Source: Reclinomonas americana ATCC 50394 (Eukaryota). Taken from it: 41,220 nucleotides of DNA. Shown piece by piece: positions 22,400 to 36,345 of the stretch (within the stretch, counting starts at the first letter, position 1; each line of letters opens with the position of its first letter). The translations under genes were made by a program, and so were the position numbers. The stretch is from the NCBI GenBank assembly GCA_048213135.1, contig PS015024.1:33809-75028 (forward strand), read 5' to 3'. A model generated the notes under the pieces. It ran no database searches. It had not been told where the DNA came from and saw nothing but the letters and a program-made list of their open reading frames with translations.

Positions 22400-25203
22400 T
22401 CACGACTTCGATACAACACGAACATTCAGATGGCGACGCAGTGCCGCCGCCACCGACAGACTTTAACAGGGTACAACAACAAAACACTCATCTCGCCGCT
22501 GTTAGAATTACACGATGCCCTTCCCTTCCACCTCCCGCGACACTCACGTGGCCACCGCCGATGGCCGCCGGTGTGTGGAAGTGGTGAGGCGCAGCAGCGG
22601 TGACATGGGTGGTTGCGTGAGACTCGTTGAACTTCTCGACATGGGCGAGCCTGCGCTGGCCACGGATCCGGAGCGTGGTCGTTGCCTCGACCCGGTTGGC
22701 GACGAACCGAAGTCCTCCACCACGCTAAAGCGAATGCCAACACGCTTCGGGGTCTTCTCATTGTCGGCGTTTGGTGACGCGGCAGGTGAGGGTGGTGCCA
22801 CCAGTGGAGTCGCCTTGAGTACGGTGGCCTCGTCTGGCGGCGGGCAGCTGCTGCCTGTGACGCGTGGAAAGTTAGTATCCCTTGACCGGCATCTTGTTGG
22901 GGAGAAACGAAAAACAACAACGCAACTGCGACGGTTCTTCGGGTTCAAGTACGACAGCACTTCCTTCTTCAGATCCACGTCGACGCCGCGCAGAGCTGCA
23001 CCGCCGGCTCGAAGAAGCTGATGCCGCTCCCGCATGTAGTCGGGCGTCACATGCACGGTGCGCGAGGTTGCTGTCACCGGCGCCGATTGCGCCTTGCTAG
23101 TTGCTGTGCGCAGCTTCGAGCTGGCACCGTCGCCGACGCCGCCCGACTTGATGGCAAACGAGCTGATCATGGTCGGTTCTGGCGGGCCCAGCGAGGCCGG
23201 CGCACTGTGCAACTTGAGTTTGTCGACCGGTGTCGACTTGACCGGAAGCACGGGAACGGAGGATTCGGGAGATGCACGCCGCACGACCGGCAGCAACTTT
23301 GACACCAGCTGGGAGCGCTCGTGGAGACGAGCATTCGTCGCCGGCTGCATGACGGGCTGGAGTGTCTGTGCCAGCGCTCTGCGGCACGATGACGAAGGAG
23401 AATAGTGAGCGACTGGTCCAGCAGCAAAGGAGCAAAGGCCAGCAACGCAACGACATGGGAATCTCGTCCGAGGCCGACATCGCATCATCAAACACGGTGT
23501 CATCGATCGTGGCCGCCAGGTCCTCCACTGGAGTCAGCGGTCGGAGCGTCAGTTTGTCCACAGGGAACAGCGGTTCCTGCATCACTGGGCGTGAGCGCAT
23601 AGACTACGAAAGCACCACCTGGGGGTGACAATGGCGACGCACCAACTCAATCTTGGATGCCGTGTCCAGCGGTTGCGTGATCGGTCGTACCATGATACGC
23701 CTCTCCAAGTACAGCTGCTCAATGTAGTCGCGGAACTTGCGTGCTGAACGGAAAAATGAGCACTACGACAACAGAAACACAGAATGAGAGTGTCAAGGAC
23801 GCACCACAATCGTGCTGGTTGGCGAAACGAGCGGGGTCCGGCAACTCCAACGCCTTGTGCATCTCCTTGCGCTCCATGTTCACTGAGGAATGGGGAAGAT
23901 AAGAGAGAGAGAGAGCAAGTCAGTGGCCACTGTGTGGAAGCAGAAAATGCAGGGGAGGCCCAACCTTTGGGAGTGGTCGACAACGCCTTGGGGTGGGTGG
24001 GCAAGTCGGTTCCCGAGTTCGGCAGCACCAGGTGCTGCGCCTGCACCGAGGCCCACACATCGAGCTCGGCCAGCTTGCGCAGGAAGTTGTTCTGCATGCG
24101 CATGAACAGGCGATGGTACTTGGTGGTCGCCGTACGGAAGCCGCGGTCGAACTCGTCGGCAATCTTGCGATCCTCAAAGCCGAGATCGGACTCGGCACGC
24201 ACCTCGGCCCGTCGCCATTGACTGGCGATTTGCACCACGCGCGTGTTGAGGATGCGCGCCTCGCGATTGCCGTACGCCACCACCTCGGCTAACTGCTTCG
24301 ACTGCAGCTCGGCGTGGCGGGCAGCCGAGGTCGATGTCTTCAGCGAGTTGATGTGTCCCTCGTGTAGTGTGCGCTGCACTTCCAAGTCGTGCATCTCCTG
24401 GTAATTCTTCGGACTCTGGAAGGCGCGCACGCGGTCCTCGGCGGCATCCAGATGCACGTCGAGCTCGTACTTGCTCTTTTTCTGCATCACTCATGGTCAG
24501 CACATGGAAGTCTCACTCTCTCTCTTGCGCGGGAGCGAGAAACCAACCGTCAAAGCCTCGCGCTGCACTCGTGCCTGCTCCTCCAGAACGTGGTGTGCGC
24601 CCTTGTAGTTTTGCACCAGCGTGAATGCCTCCTCCAAAAAGGCGTTCTCCAAGTCCTCCTTGGCCACCTTGAACTGCGCGTACAGATGGTCGTAGTGCAG
24701 CTCGGCCACGTCGCAAATCATGCGCGACCGCGCCTGCACAAACAGCGTGTACACATCGTAGCGGTGTTCGGCGCGCGAGTCCTGCAGGCGGCGACGCAAT
24801 TCTTGCAGGTAGAGTTGGTAGGTCTGTGCGCAGGCGAAGAAGGGAACGATGAGTCCACGCGCATTGAGCAAACACAAGGAGACACACATGTGGGCGTCAC
24901 CTGCTCGCTCTGCATCATGCGTGTGAGTTGCTGACCCAGCTGGATGCGGTGGAGGAGCGCCTTGTCGGGCAATGCCGCCAGTCGCAGCTCCAACGCCNNN
25001 NNNNNNNNNNNNNNNNNNNNNNNNNNNNNNNNNNNNNNNNNNNNNNNNNNNNNNNNNNNNNNNNNNNNNNNNNNNNNNNNNNNNNNNNNNNNNNNNNNNN
25101 NNNNNNNNNNNNNNNNNNNNNNNNNNNNNNNNNGGTGGTGCCGCCACCGACGACCACTGGTCCGAGTCGCTTGGCGCCTGGCCCGGATGGCCGAGTGACG
25201 CGA
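22400..25203 (-). CDS. 3' part of C2-domain protein gene (helical region and Ser/Pro-rich tail)
   Basis: Frame-consistent spliced exons run from the acceptor at 25204 downward; its phase 1 matches the phase-1 donor at 28413/31724. The last exon is uncertain and a gap lies at 24998-25133. Confidence 0.65.
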
Positions 25204-25327
25204 CTGCGGAGAGAGAGAGGCACTGCATGAGACACACACTCGCGCAAACCACCACCACGCCGTANNNNNNNNNNNNNNNNNNNNTCTCCCTTTTTTCGCA
25301 TGCCCCATCTTAGTCTGCCACACCAAC

Positions 25328-26520
25328 CTCACGTATGGCGTCCATGGATCCAGCAAACTTGACGACCTTGACGGCCATCATCTCTCCCGTGTCCTCGTTC
25401 AGCGCTGCAAACACTTCGCCGAACGCACCCTTGCCTAGCAATGCGCCCTTGACCCATCGCTTTAGTGGGCGCTGCGAGGAGGACAGTGAGCGAGTGCGAA
25501 AAGCAGAACACAACACCCACGCCACGCCACGCGTCTCACCTCGCGAGTTGTCGTCCTGCTCGATGCTCTGCACGGACCACCATCAACAATGAGCGCTTCT
25601 TACACACTAGAACGCACACGAGGTGCGACTCCACAGCCACACGCACCTTGATCGATTCACCGAGCTCGACGAGGCCATTGATCTGCACACACAACGAAAA
25701 TGAGGCGCAAAGGACAACAACAACGATGAGTGCAGAGAGGCCGCACCCTGACGAGGACGCCGAATCGAAGCGTGACGACACATAGCTGGCTACGTTCTCG
25801 CCGGGCGACAGACCACCGCCGTTGTGCATTCTCGGAGACGGACTGAGGTTCGTATTGATACTGGGAGCGCGAGGTCGAGCAGACTGCACCGCAACACTCG
25901 GCGGGTTATACGCGTCTTCTGGTGGTGGTCGCGGTGGTTCGTCTGTCAACGTCTGCACGTGCTTTCTCTGCGCCACGCGCGATGGCAACGACATGTCACA
26001 CACACGCGCACACACACACTCTCCACGGCACTGCAAGACACACACGCACGCAACTGCTGCTGTGACGCTAGTGTACGCTGCTGCAACACGCAATCCCCCA
26101 CTCGACGACGACGAGTCACTCCGCGATGAGGGACTAGTGGCCTGCTGCTGTTGAAGTTGATGTGCGACAGGTGCCAAGGTCGATGAACCGCTGCTTCCTG
26201 CACGCCGCAGATGCACCGGTTGCTCCGGCGCACCAAGTCCCCACTGCTCGTCTCCTCCTCCTCCTACTGCCGCTGCAGAACCACCACGCGGAGCCACCGC
26301 CTCCTCCTCAGCCTCCTCCTCGTCTGTGGTGTCCTCGTCCGACTCAAAGTCTGAGTTGGTGTACTCGGTGTGCACCTGCCCGCGCGCGTGTGTGTGTGTG
26401 AGACTCTGCCTCTGTGTCGGCGCATGACGGTGCACGTACACACACCTCGTCGTCGTCACTCTCTACTGCACGCTGTTGCTGTTGTTGCTGTTGTTGTTGA
26501 TTGCGCACGGCACTACTCAT
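25328..26520 (-). CDS. MAP3K (STE11/MEKK/NPK1-like) 5' part, copy 1
   Basis: MSSAVRNQQQ.. low-complexity N-terminus spliced to RWVKGALLGKGAFGEVFAALNEDTGEMMAVKVV (kinase subdomains I-II); ends at a phase-0 donor at 25327. Confidence 0.85.
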
Positions 26521-27060
26521 GCACCGACCACCGTCGTGGTGTCACCAGAGGAGACTGACGCGGGAAAAGAGGTGCCGCGCACACGCACACACACGCACAC
26601 ACACGCCAAAGTGACTTGTCTCTCTCTCCTCGCACACACACACAACCGCGCGCTTGTGCAAAGTCTGTAACACGCACAACAAACAAGAGAAATTAGATGG
26701 TCGAATTCACAAAGTGTCAGAGCGCGCGTGACACGCCTCTCAGTCACACACAAGAGAAGAGTGGTACGGTGGCGTGCGCGCACAAACACGAACAAGACAC
26801 AGAGAAAGAGCAAAATAGAAAAAAGGCCCGAGATGTCCAATCACCAACCAACTTTTTTTGCCGTTTCTCTCCCCCTCTCCCTCTCTCTCTGTACCAGACT
26901 GTATATCACACTCTATCACACACACAGACACAGCGCGCGCGCACACACGACAACACACAGAGAGACACAGAGGCAATCGCGCACCCTTTGCAACGTTCCG
27001 TGATCCACCGCTCCGACTCGATGAACCGACTGCAGTGCGTTTCTATCATTATTGCGTGAA

Positions 27061-28412
27061 ATGGACGCGCTGCTCTCGCGCTTGCCGAGTGCACAAGAGC
27101 GCGAGGCACTGGGCACTCTGCTGGTGACCGTCTCCTGCGCACGGCGGCTGCAGTGCGACGCGCGCCACTTGAATGGTGAGTCATGCACAGAGAGAGAGCA
27201 GTTTCTTGCGCATGACGAGAGGAAACGCATTTCTTGCCTTGTGTAAGCCGCCCGATGCGGACATGTTCAGGCGGCGGTGGAGAGAAGATGATGCGGGAGG
27301 GTGAGAGAGTGAGCGTGTGCGTGTCGGGAGAATGAGAATGTCGATGATTGATGGATGGTGAATCGCGGGATTGCGTTCCTTCTCTCTCTCTCTCTTTGCT
27401 TGTCAACGGTCATTGTTCGCTGTTCACACTCTCTCACTCACTCACACTCTCTCTCCACTCACACACAGGTGAGTTCAGTGTGGCCATTGAGGTGGACTCG
27501 CAAGTGAAGAGCACGCGGCCGGTGTTGTTGGATGACAAGTTCGAGCTGACCTGGGATGAGTCGTTGTCGTTGTTGCGTCTCTCTCTCTCTCTCTCTCACA
27601 CACACGCACACACGCGCACTCAGTGAGCTGCTCTGTGTGTGTTTTTTTATTGAGTACTAATGACGACGTATGTTCGGATCGGCAGTCACGTGCAGTCGCG
27701 ACGACCCAAGGTCGTGGTAATGCTGCTCGTGCGCGATCGATCACACGCATCATCATCGCCGACAATGTCGCCTGCGTCTCCGAGCAGTTTCATTGGTGAG
27801 TGCCCTCGGCGTCGTTGTTGCGAGAGACACGCGCTGATGTGTGTGTGTGTGTCTGGCACAGACGAGACCTCGATCGACTGTGTGGGCGCGTGTCGTATGA
27901 AATGCCCCGAGCGCGGATCAAAACTGCCGGTGGATCGGTGGTACTCGTTCCACACCACGGTCTTGTTGCGTACCCCGTCTCCCTTTCGCTCTCTTACTGT
28001 ATCTTCTCCGCGATTCACGACCGGTGCTTGCGCAGTGACGCGACACTGGCCATGGAGAACGAGTGGGCGGCCACGGGCGGATCATCGGCGTCGGCGTGGT
28101 CCGCCACGCAGACGAAACGCAAGCCGTCGGCGCTCAAGACGACTGCGGAGCAGGATGCCAACAAGTTCGGCGGCTCCTCGTCGTCGTTGATGCAGCGTCT
28201 GTCGGGCACCTCCAAGGCGCCGCTGGTGCGCCTGCCGGAGATTACACATACGGAGCGCGAGTTGCTGGAGATGGGCTGCCGCGCGCTGCGCTTCTCTGAT
28301 CTGCCGCCGCCGGATCAGTTCGACTCGCAGAACACGGTGGGCGAGGTGCGCTTGAGTGTGCTCTTTTCACCGTCGAAGAAGGATCAGGTGCTGTCGGCGG
28401 TCATGACGGGCA
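27061..28412 (+). CDS. C2-domain protein 5' part, copy 1
   Basis: LGTLLVTVSCARRL..FSVAIEVDSQVKSTRPV..LTWDESFHV..VVMLLVRD..CVGACRM..DRWYSF follows the C2 beta-sandwich pattern. Confidence 0.65.
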
Positions 28413-28630
28413 GTTGCGTGGCATGAATTCANNNNNNNNNNNNNNNNNNNNNNNNNNNNNNNNNNNNNNNNNNNNNNNNNNNNNNNNNNNNNNNNNNNNN
28501 NNNNNNNNNNNNNNNNNNNNNNNNNNNNNNNNNNNNNNNNNNNNNNNNNNNNNNNNNNNNNNNNNNNNNNNNNNNNNNNNNNNNNNTCTCTCCCTTTTTC
28601 GCATGCCCCATCTTAGTCTGCCACACCAAC

Positions 28631-29838
28631 CTCACGTATGGCGTCCATGGATCCAGCAAACTTGACGACCTTGACGGCCATCATCTCTCCCGTGTCCTCG
28701 TTCAGCGCTGCAAACACTTCGCCGAACGCACCCTTGCCTAGCAATGCGCCCTTGACCCATCGCTTTAGTGGGCGCTGCGCGATGACGACAACGAGGAGGA
28801 CAGTGAGCGAGGGCGAAAAGCAGAACACAACACCCACGCCACGCCACGCGTCTCACCTCGCGAGTTGTCGTTCTGCTCGATGCTCTGCACAAGCACACAA
28901 TCACCACCATCGACAATGAGCGCTTCCTACACATTACATTAAAGTGCACACGAGGTGCGACTCCGCAGCCATACGCACCTTGATCGATTCACCGAGCTCG
29001 ACGACGCCATTGATCTGCACACAACGAAAATGAGGCGCAAAGGACAACAACAACGATGAGTGCAGAGAGGCCGCACCCTGACGAGGACGCCGAATCGAAG
29101 CGCGACGACACGTAGCTGGCTACGTTCTCGCCGGGCGACAGACCACCGCCGTTGTGCATTCTCGGAGACGGACTGAGGTTCGTATTGATACTGGGAGCGC
29201 GAGGTCGAGCAGACTGCACCGCAACACTCGGCGGGTTATACGCGTCTTCTGGTGGTGGTCGCGGTGGTTCGTCTGTCAACGTCTGCACGTGCTTTCTCTG
29301 CGCCACGCGCGATGGCAACGACATGTCACACACACGCGCACACACACACTCTCCACGGCACTGCACACACGCAACTGCTGCTGTGACGCTAGTGTACGCT
29401 GCTGCAACACGCAATCCCCCACTCGACGACGACGAGTCACTCCGCGATGAGGGACTAGTGGCCTGCTGCTGTTGAAGTTGATGTGCGACAGGTGCCAAGG
29501 TCGATGAACCGCTGCTTCCTGCACGCCGCAGATGCACCGGTTGCTCCGGCGCACCAAGTCCCCACTGCTCGTCTCCTCCTCCTACTGCCGCTGCAGAACC
29601 ACCACGCGGAGCCACCGCCTCCTCCTCAGCCTCCTCCTCGTCTGTGGTGTCCTCGTCCGACTCAAAGTCTGAGTTGGTGTACTCGGTGTGCACCTGCCCG
29701 CGCGCGTGTGTGTGTGTGAGACTCTGCCTCTGTGTCGGCGCATGAGTGTGCACATACACACACCTCGTCGTCGTCACTCTCTACTGCACGCTGTTGCTGT
29801 TGTTGCTGTTGTTGTTGATTGCGCACGGCACTACTCAT
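28631..29838 (-). CDS. MAP3K 5' part, copy 2
   Basis: Same exons as 25328-26520. Confidence 0.85.
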
Positions 29839-30382
29839 GCACCGACCACCGTCGTGGTGTCACCAGAGGAGACTGACGCGGGAAAAGAGGCGCCGCGCAC
29901 ACGCACACACACGCACACACACGCCAAAGTGACTTGTCTCTCTCTCCTCGCACACACACACACAACCGCGCGCTTGTGCAAAGTCTGTAACACGCACAAC
30001 AACAAACAAGAGAAATTAGATGGTCGAATTCACAAAGTGTCAGAGCGCGCGACACACGCCTCTCTCAGTCACACACAAGAGAAGAGTGGCACAGTGGCGT
30101 GCGCGCACAAACACGAACAAGACACAGAGAAAGAGCAAAATAGAAAAAAGGCCCGAGATGTCCAATCACCAACCAACTTTTTTGCCGTTTCTCTTCCCCT
30201 CTCCCTCTCTCTGTGTGTAACACACACTCTCTCTACCACACACAGACACAGAGCGCGCGCACACGACACACGACAACACACACAGAGACACAGAGGCAAT
30301 CGCGCACCCTTTGCAACGTTCCGTGATCCACCGTTCCGACTCGACGGACCGGCTGCAGTGCGTTTCTATCTTATTGCGTGAA

Positions 30383-31723
30383 ATGGACGCGCTGCTCTCG
30401 CGCTTGCCGAGTGCACAACAGCGCGAGGCACTGGGCACTCTGCTGGTGACCGTCTCCTGCGCACGGCGGCTGCAGTGTGACGCGCGCCACTTGAATGGTG
30501 AGTCATGCACATTGAGAGAGAGCAGTTTCTTGCGCATGACGAGAGGAAACGCATTTCTTGCCTTGTGTAAGCCGCCCGATGCGGTCATGTTCAGGCGGCG
30601 GTGGAGAGAAGATGATGCGGGAGGGTGAGAGAGAGCGTGTGCGTGTCGGGAGAATGAGAATGTCGATGATTGATGGATGGTGAATCGCGGGATTGCGTTC
30701 CTTCTCTCTCTCTCTCTTCGCTTGTCAACGGTCATTGTTCGCTGTTCACACGCTCACTCACACACTCTCTCTCCACTCACACACAGGCGAGTTCAGTGTG
30801 GCCATTGAGGTGGACTCGCAAGTGAAGAGCACGCGGCCGGTGTTGTTGGATGACAAGTTCGAGCTGACCTGGGATGAGTCGTTGTCGTTGTTGCGTCTCT
30901 CTCACTCTCTCTCTCTCTCTCACACACACACGCGCACTCTGTGAGCTGCTCTGTGTGTGTTTTTTTATTGAGTACTAATGACGACGTATGTTCGGATCGG
31001 CAGTCACGTGCAGTCGCGACGACCCAAGGTCGTGGCAATGCTGCTTGTGCGCGATCGATCACACGCATCGTCATCGCCGACAATGTCGCCTGCCTCTCCG
31101 AGCAGTTTCATTGGTGAGTGCCCTCGGCGTCGGTGTATGACGAGAATGCGCGCTGATTGTGTGTGTGTCTGGCACAGACGAGACCTCGATCGACTGTGTG
31201 GGCGCGTGTCGTATGAAATGCCCCGAGCGCGGATCAAAACTGCCGGTGGATCGGTGGTACTCGTTCCACACCACGGTCTTGTTGCGTACCCCGTCTCCCT
31301 TTCGCTCTATTTGCTTCTCCGAGGCTCACGACCGGTGCTTGCGCAGTGACGCTACACTGGCGATGGAGAACGAGTGGGCGGCCACGGGTGGATCATCGGC
31401 GTCGGCATGGTCCGCCACGCAGACGAAACGCAAGCCATCGGCGCTCAAGACGACTGCGGAGCAGGATGCCAACAAGTTCGGCGGCTCCTCGTCGTCGTTG
31501 ATGCAGCGCCTGTCGGGCACCTCCAAGGCGCCGCTGGTGCGCCTGCCGGAGATTACGCATACGGAGCGCGAGTTGCTGGAGATGGGCTGTCGCGCGCTGC
31601 GCTTCTCTGATCTGCCGCCGCCGGATCAGTTCGACTCGCAGAACACGGTGGGCGAGGTGCGCTTGAGTGTGCTCTTTTCACCGTCGAAGAAGGATCAGGT
31701 GCTGTCGGCGGTCATGACGGGCA
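30383..31723 (+). CDS. C2-domain protein 5' part, copy 2
   Basis: Same exons as 27061-28412 with a few substitutions (QER/QQR, VVM/VAM). Confidence 0.65.
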
Positions 31724-32758
31724 GTTGCGTGGCATGAATTCCNNNNNNNNNNNNNNNNNNNNNNNNNNNNNNNNNNNNNNNNNNNNNNNNNNNNNNNNNN
31801 NNNNNNNNNNNNNNNNNNNNNNNNNNNNNNNNNNNNNNNNNNNNNNNNNNNNNNNNNNNNNNNNNNNNNNNNNNNNNNNNNNNNNNNNNNNNNNNNNNNN
31901 NNNNNNNNNNNNNNNNNNNNNNNNNNNNNNNNNNNNNNNNNNNNNNNNNNNNNNNNNNNNNNNNNNNNNNNNNNNNNNNNNNNNNNNNNNNNNNNNNNNN
32001 NNNNNNNNNNNNNNNNNNNNNNNNNNNNNNNNNNNNNNNNNNNNNNNNNNNNNNNNNNNNNNNNNNNNNNNNNNNNNNNNNNNNNNNNNNNNNNNNNNNN
32101 NNNNNNNNNNNNNNNNNNNNNNNNNNNNNNNNNNNNNNNNNNNNNNNNNNNNNNNNNNNNNNNNNNNNNNNNNNNNNNNNNNNNNNNNNNNNNNNNNNNN
32201 NNNNNNNNNNNNNNNNNNNNNNNNNNNNNNNNNNNNNNNNNNNNNNNNNNNNNNNNNNNNNNNNNNNNNNNNNNNNNNNNNNNNNNNNNNNNNNNNNNNN
32301 NNNNNNNNNNNNNNNNNNNNNNNNNNNNNNNNNNNNNNNNNNNNNNNNNNNNNNNNNNNNNNNNNNNNNNNNNNNNNNNNNNNNNNNNNNNNNNNNNNNN
32401 NNNNNNNNNNNNNNNNNNNNNNNNNNNNNNNNNNNNNNNNNNNNNNNNNNNNNNNNNNNNNNNNNNNNNNNNNNNNNNNNNNNNNNNNNNNNNNNNNNNN
32501 NNNNNNNNNNNNNNNNNNNNNNNNNNNNNNNNNNNNNNNNNNNNNNNNNNNNNNNNNNNNNNNNNNNNNNNNNNNNNNNNNNNNNNNNNNNNNNNNNNNN
32601 NNNNNNNNNNNNNNNNNNNNNNNNNNNNNNNNNNNNNNNNNNNNNNNNNNNNNNNNNNNNNNNNNNNNNNNNNNNNNNNNNNNNNGAGAGTTGGTGTTAT
32701 TCGCTCAGTCGATCTTAACGTAATCATGTCGCTCACCTTTGCTTGTGTGATATTGCAG

Positions 32759-35163
32759 CAAGTGGAGCAGCTGAAGAACGAACTACACTTGATGCAACAA
32801 CTGTCGCACCGCAACATTGTCGAGTACTTTGGCTGCATGCGCGAAGAAACCTCTCTGAACATCTTCATGGAGTACGTGCCGGGCGGATCGCTCGCCTCGG
32901 TGATTAAGCAATTTGGTCGTCTCTCGGAGCCACTGGTGGCGCGCTACACGCGTGAGATTCTGTTGGGGCTCGAGTATTTGCACCGGAATCGCGTGGTTCA
33001 TCGAGGTGAGATGTCGGAAGAAAGTAGAGAGAAGAGATAATCATGTGGGGCGGAAGCGTGTCACGAGCTGGTGCTTCAGATGCTCACTCTCCACTCTTTG
33101 ACCAGATATCAAGGGCGGCAACATTCTCGTGGACCAAAACGGTACCTGCAAGCTGGCTGACTTTGGCGCCTCCAAGGTGCTCGATCTGGCCACAGAACTC
33201 GGCACTGCGCAGGGCCAGTTTAACACCGTGCGTGGTACTCCGTGGTACATGGCTCCCGAGGTTATTCGAGAGGACGGTCATGCCAAGTTGAGTTGGAGGG
33301 CATGAGAGAAGAGTTCATCAAATCACAGTCTGACAACTGTGCTTCTCCGCAGACCGGCTGACATTTGGTCGTTGGGCTGCACCGTGATTGAAATGTGCAC
33401 CGGCTACCCGCCGTTCTCGCAATTCCGCAAGCCCGTGCAAGCCATGTTCCACATCGCCGCCGGCACAACACCACCCGTCATTCCCGAGCACCTGTCATCA
33501 GCGGGTCAGGTACGCATACATGCAACACGTTTTTGGTGTGGTGTTCATGCGCCCATTCTCACATTGCTGCATCGTCGTGCACAGGATTTCATCAAGCTGT
33601 GCCTGCGACGCCTACCACAGGACCGACCATCCGCGAGTGATTTGCTACAGCATCCGTTCATCTCTGGTGTACCATCCATTGAGTTGCGCGCGCGCGCGCT
33701 AGCGTGGCCCCACTTGTCCTCCACCGCGAGACTGACGATACTTAGCTGCAGTGACGCGCCACTGACACCCACATCGCCCACCGGCTCGGCCTCCATGTCG
33801 TCCAGCGGCGGATCGTCACACTACCTGACACCAGCAAGTAGCATTCGTGGTGCAGCTGGTGGTGCTGGTGGTGGCGGCAGTGGTGGTGGTGCGCCCGCGG
33901 CACCCATGTCGTGGCGACCTTCATCGTTGCGTGCACGTGGCTTTCTTTTTTTGCTTGCTGCTGCTTCTCACACGTGTTTGTGTCGATCGACGTATCGCAG
34001 AATGAATCAACGAGAAGACTCGATGGCCACGATTGGCTTGCTGGATGCTGCTGTCGCGCAAGCGTTGCGTTTTCACCGACCCACTCCTGTTGGTTTGTTG
34101 TTGGTTGTTGACGTGTGGTGGGCGACACAGTGGGCCGCGACCACGCCGCGGAAGCCTGGTGGCTCACGCCCCCGAACACAACCCGGCACTGGAGCTCGAG
34201 CTGAAGCGAAAGCTTGCTGTTGACGACGAGGACTGTGTGGTGAACGCGGATGATTCAATATTGGTGGCGCCCGCAGCCGAGGGCTACGATCGCAGCGAAG
34301 ATGTGGAACGGTGGCTGTCGGAGGTTAGCTCCTTCCGTGACGACACCATCCGCAAGGTTTGTGTTCACGAAGAAGTGTCGTGGCGATGCATGTGCTCATG
34401 TCTCCTCTCCGCCCGGTCGCAGTCGCTGCACCTGGACAAGCGAACAATAACCAAGGCCTCGAGTGCGAATAGCCGCTCGGCGCGCGAGGCGCACTCGGAT
34501 CTGGTGACGACACCGCTCTACGATGACAAGCGAGAAACGCCTTCAGCCGTCCGCAAGCCGTCCCAGCCGAAGCTGTCGCCGAGGAAGCGCAGCACCAGCC
34601 ACTTGGACGCGGCACCGGAGGCTGTCGAATTGCCGGACGACGACATGATGCCAGCACCACCGGCTCGGGTCTCACTAAAAGTCGACCCGCCTAGCGCCTC
34701 GTCCACCACCACCACCACCGCAGCGTATGCCTCTGTCCAGTCGCTCTCTGGCGCCGCACCGAGCTTGGAGGACAGACCAATTCGAACGGCGGCAGTGGAG
34801 GCGGATCGTGCGCGAGTTGAGCAACTCAGACGAGAGGAGGAAGAGAAGCGGAGAAAGGATGAGGAGAAGAGACGACTGTACGAGGAGGAGGAACGACGAT
34901 TCCGTGCCGAGTTGCAGAAGTCGCCGTCGGATCCAGGCAGGCGAGATACCGTGTCACCCGTGTCGCCCGACAAGCAGCGGCGATCCATGCCACGCGAGCT
35001 CGGTCGCAGTCCATCCAGTGGTCCTGCCAACCCGAACACTCGCCGTCGCTCCCCGACGCCCACTGGCTCCGGTTCGTTGTCGGCCGCCCGGCAACCATCG
35101 TCGCCACCTGGCACCGGGTCCGACTCGGCCGACGCCGCTCGACGCCGACCACCTCCACGGTGA
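32759..35163 (+). CDS. MAP3K (STE11/MEKK/NPK1-like) 3' part: subdomains III-XI plus C-terminal tail
   Basis: [78 protein letters not shown] and [12 protein letters not shown]. Confidence 0.93.
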
Positions 35164-35407
35164 TAGACGGGAGACAAGGGCAGGAGGAGTGTTTTTTTCT
35201 CGTTCTCTCTCTTCCTCCTCGTTCTCTTCTCCCCTCCCCTTTTTTGCGAAGTCGATCGGATTGTTTGTGTGTGTGTGTGTGTGTGTGAAGTGGCGTATTG
35301 AGGTGACGGCGGTGTATGGCCCGTCGTCCGTAGTGCTAGTGTATGTGATGGTGCTGTGAGGCGTAACAGGGTCTCTTGTTCTATTTTACACGCTGTACAC
35401 GAACGGA

Positions 35408-36345
35408 TCATCTGCCATGCGGCACCGCCGACACGGTGGCCGTCGTGGCCGTCACCACCGCCGCCGCAGCCGACGACACGGATGCCGACAGCGGATCATT
35501 CTCATACTCGACCCAGACATCATCGACGACTCGCGCCCACCGCTCATCCCCACCCGCATCGTGCAGCGTCACATGCCGCGGAGCCATCTCGCCGACCTCG
35601 TCCTTGTCGCCAAGCACATCACACCCCGACAGAGTCGATGACACATGCACATAGGAGATGGTCACCTCCAGCCTGACCGCGAACAGTGTGAGTCTCTCCA
35701 TCTCACTACAGAAGACAAGCGCGTACAACAGACCGACTGGGCGATTCCAGCGCCGTGCCGAACAGAATCTCCGGCCATTCCACAATCGCCACCCCTTGTA
35801 ACAGTCAGTGAGACAGTGTAGACAGGCAAAGAGTCAGAGGGCTGCTGAGAGAGCACCTTGTCGCGTGCACTCGGGCAGCTGTAATCTGTGCACCTCGTCA
35901 ATGTGGCGCAAACGGTACAGGTCAAAGTGATGGATCGCTGCCAGCGTGCGATGTGAGTGTCAAGGTGTGAGAGACATTGAGCGAGTGAACGGGGTCTGCG
36001 CGCGCAACGACATGCCACCGCGGAGTTTGTCGCGTTGTACAGATTGTGCAGGAGGAATGTCGGCGAGGTGACCAGCTGTTGTTGTTGCTTCTGCTCCGAC
36101 ACCTCGCCCAGCAGACCGCGCACGAGGCCGCGCACAAAGGTGGTCTTGCCCGCGCCCAGATCACTGCGTGTATGTGAGTGTGAGAGTGTGTGAAGAGAGA
36201 GAGTTGAAAGGAGTGATTGCGCGCACCCTGTGAGGTAGATCACACTGCCTTGAAGTGGTTGCCGATGAGCGAGCATGTGGCGCGCCAGTGAGTGGCCCAG
36301 GTTGAGCATGCGAGAGGCGTCGCGGATGAGAAGCCCGTGCTGCAT
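35408..36345 (-). CDS. tsaE: tRNA t6A biosynthesis ATPase TsaE (YjeE) homologue with spliceosomal introns
   Basis: VIYLTGDLGAGKTTFVRG, VTSPTFLL, HHFDLYRL and VAIVEWPE are the four TsaE signature motifs; at least 4 GT-AG introns; the true 5' end may lie upstream. Confidence 0.92.

Larger units (their letters stand above)
25285..28431. repeat. Duplicated contig, copy 1 (probable allele, misoriented)
   Basis: Near-identical to 28587-31742; bounded by N gaps on both sides. Confidence 0.9.
28587..31742. repeat. Duplicated contig, copy 2 (probable allele, misoriented)
   Basis: Differs from copy 1 mainly by intronic or microsatellite indels and synonymous substitutions. Confidence 0.9.

Noticed and set aside
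25285-31742. Recombinase-driven invertible element or transposon
   Set aside because: No terminal inverted repeats, recombinase or transposase are visible, and all boundaries are assembly gaps.
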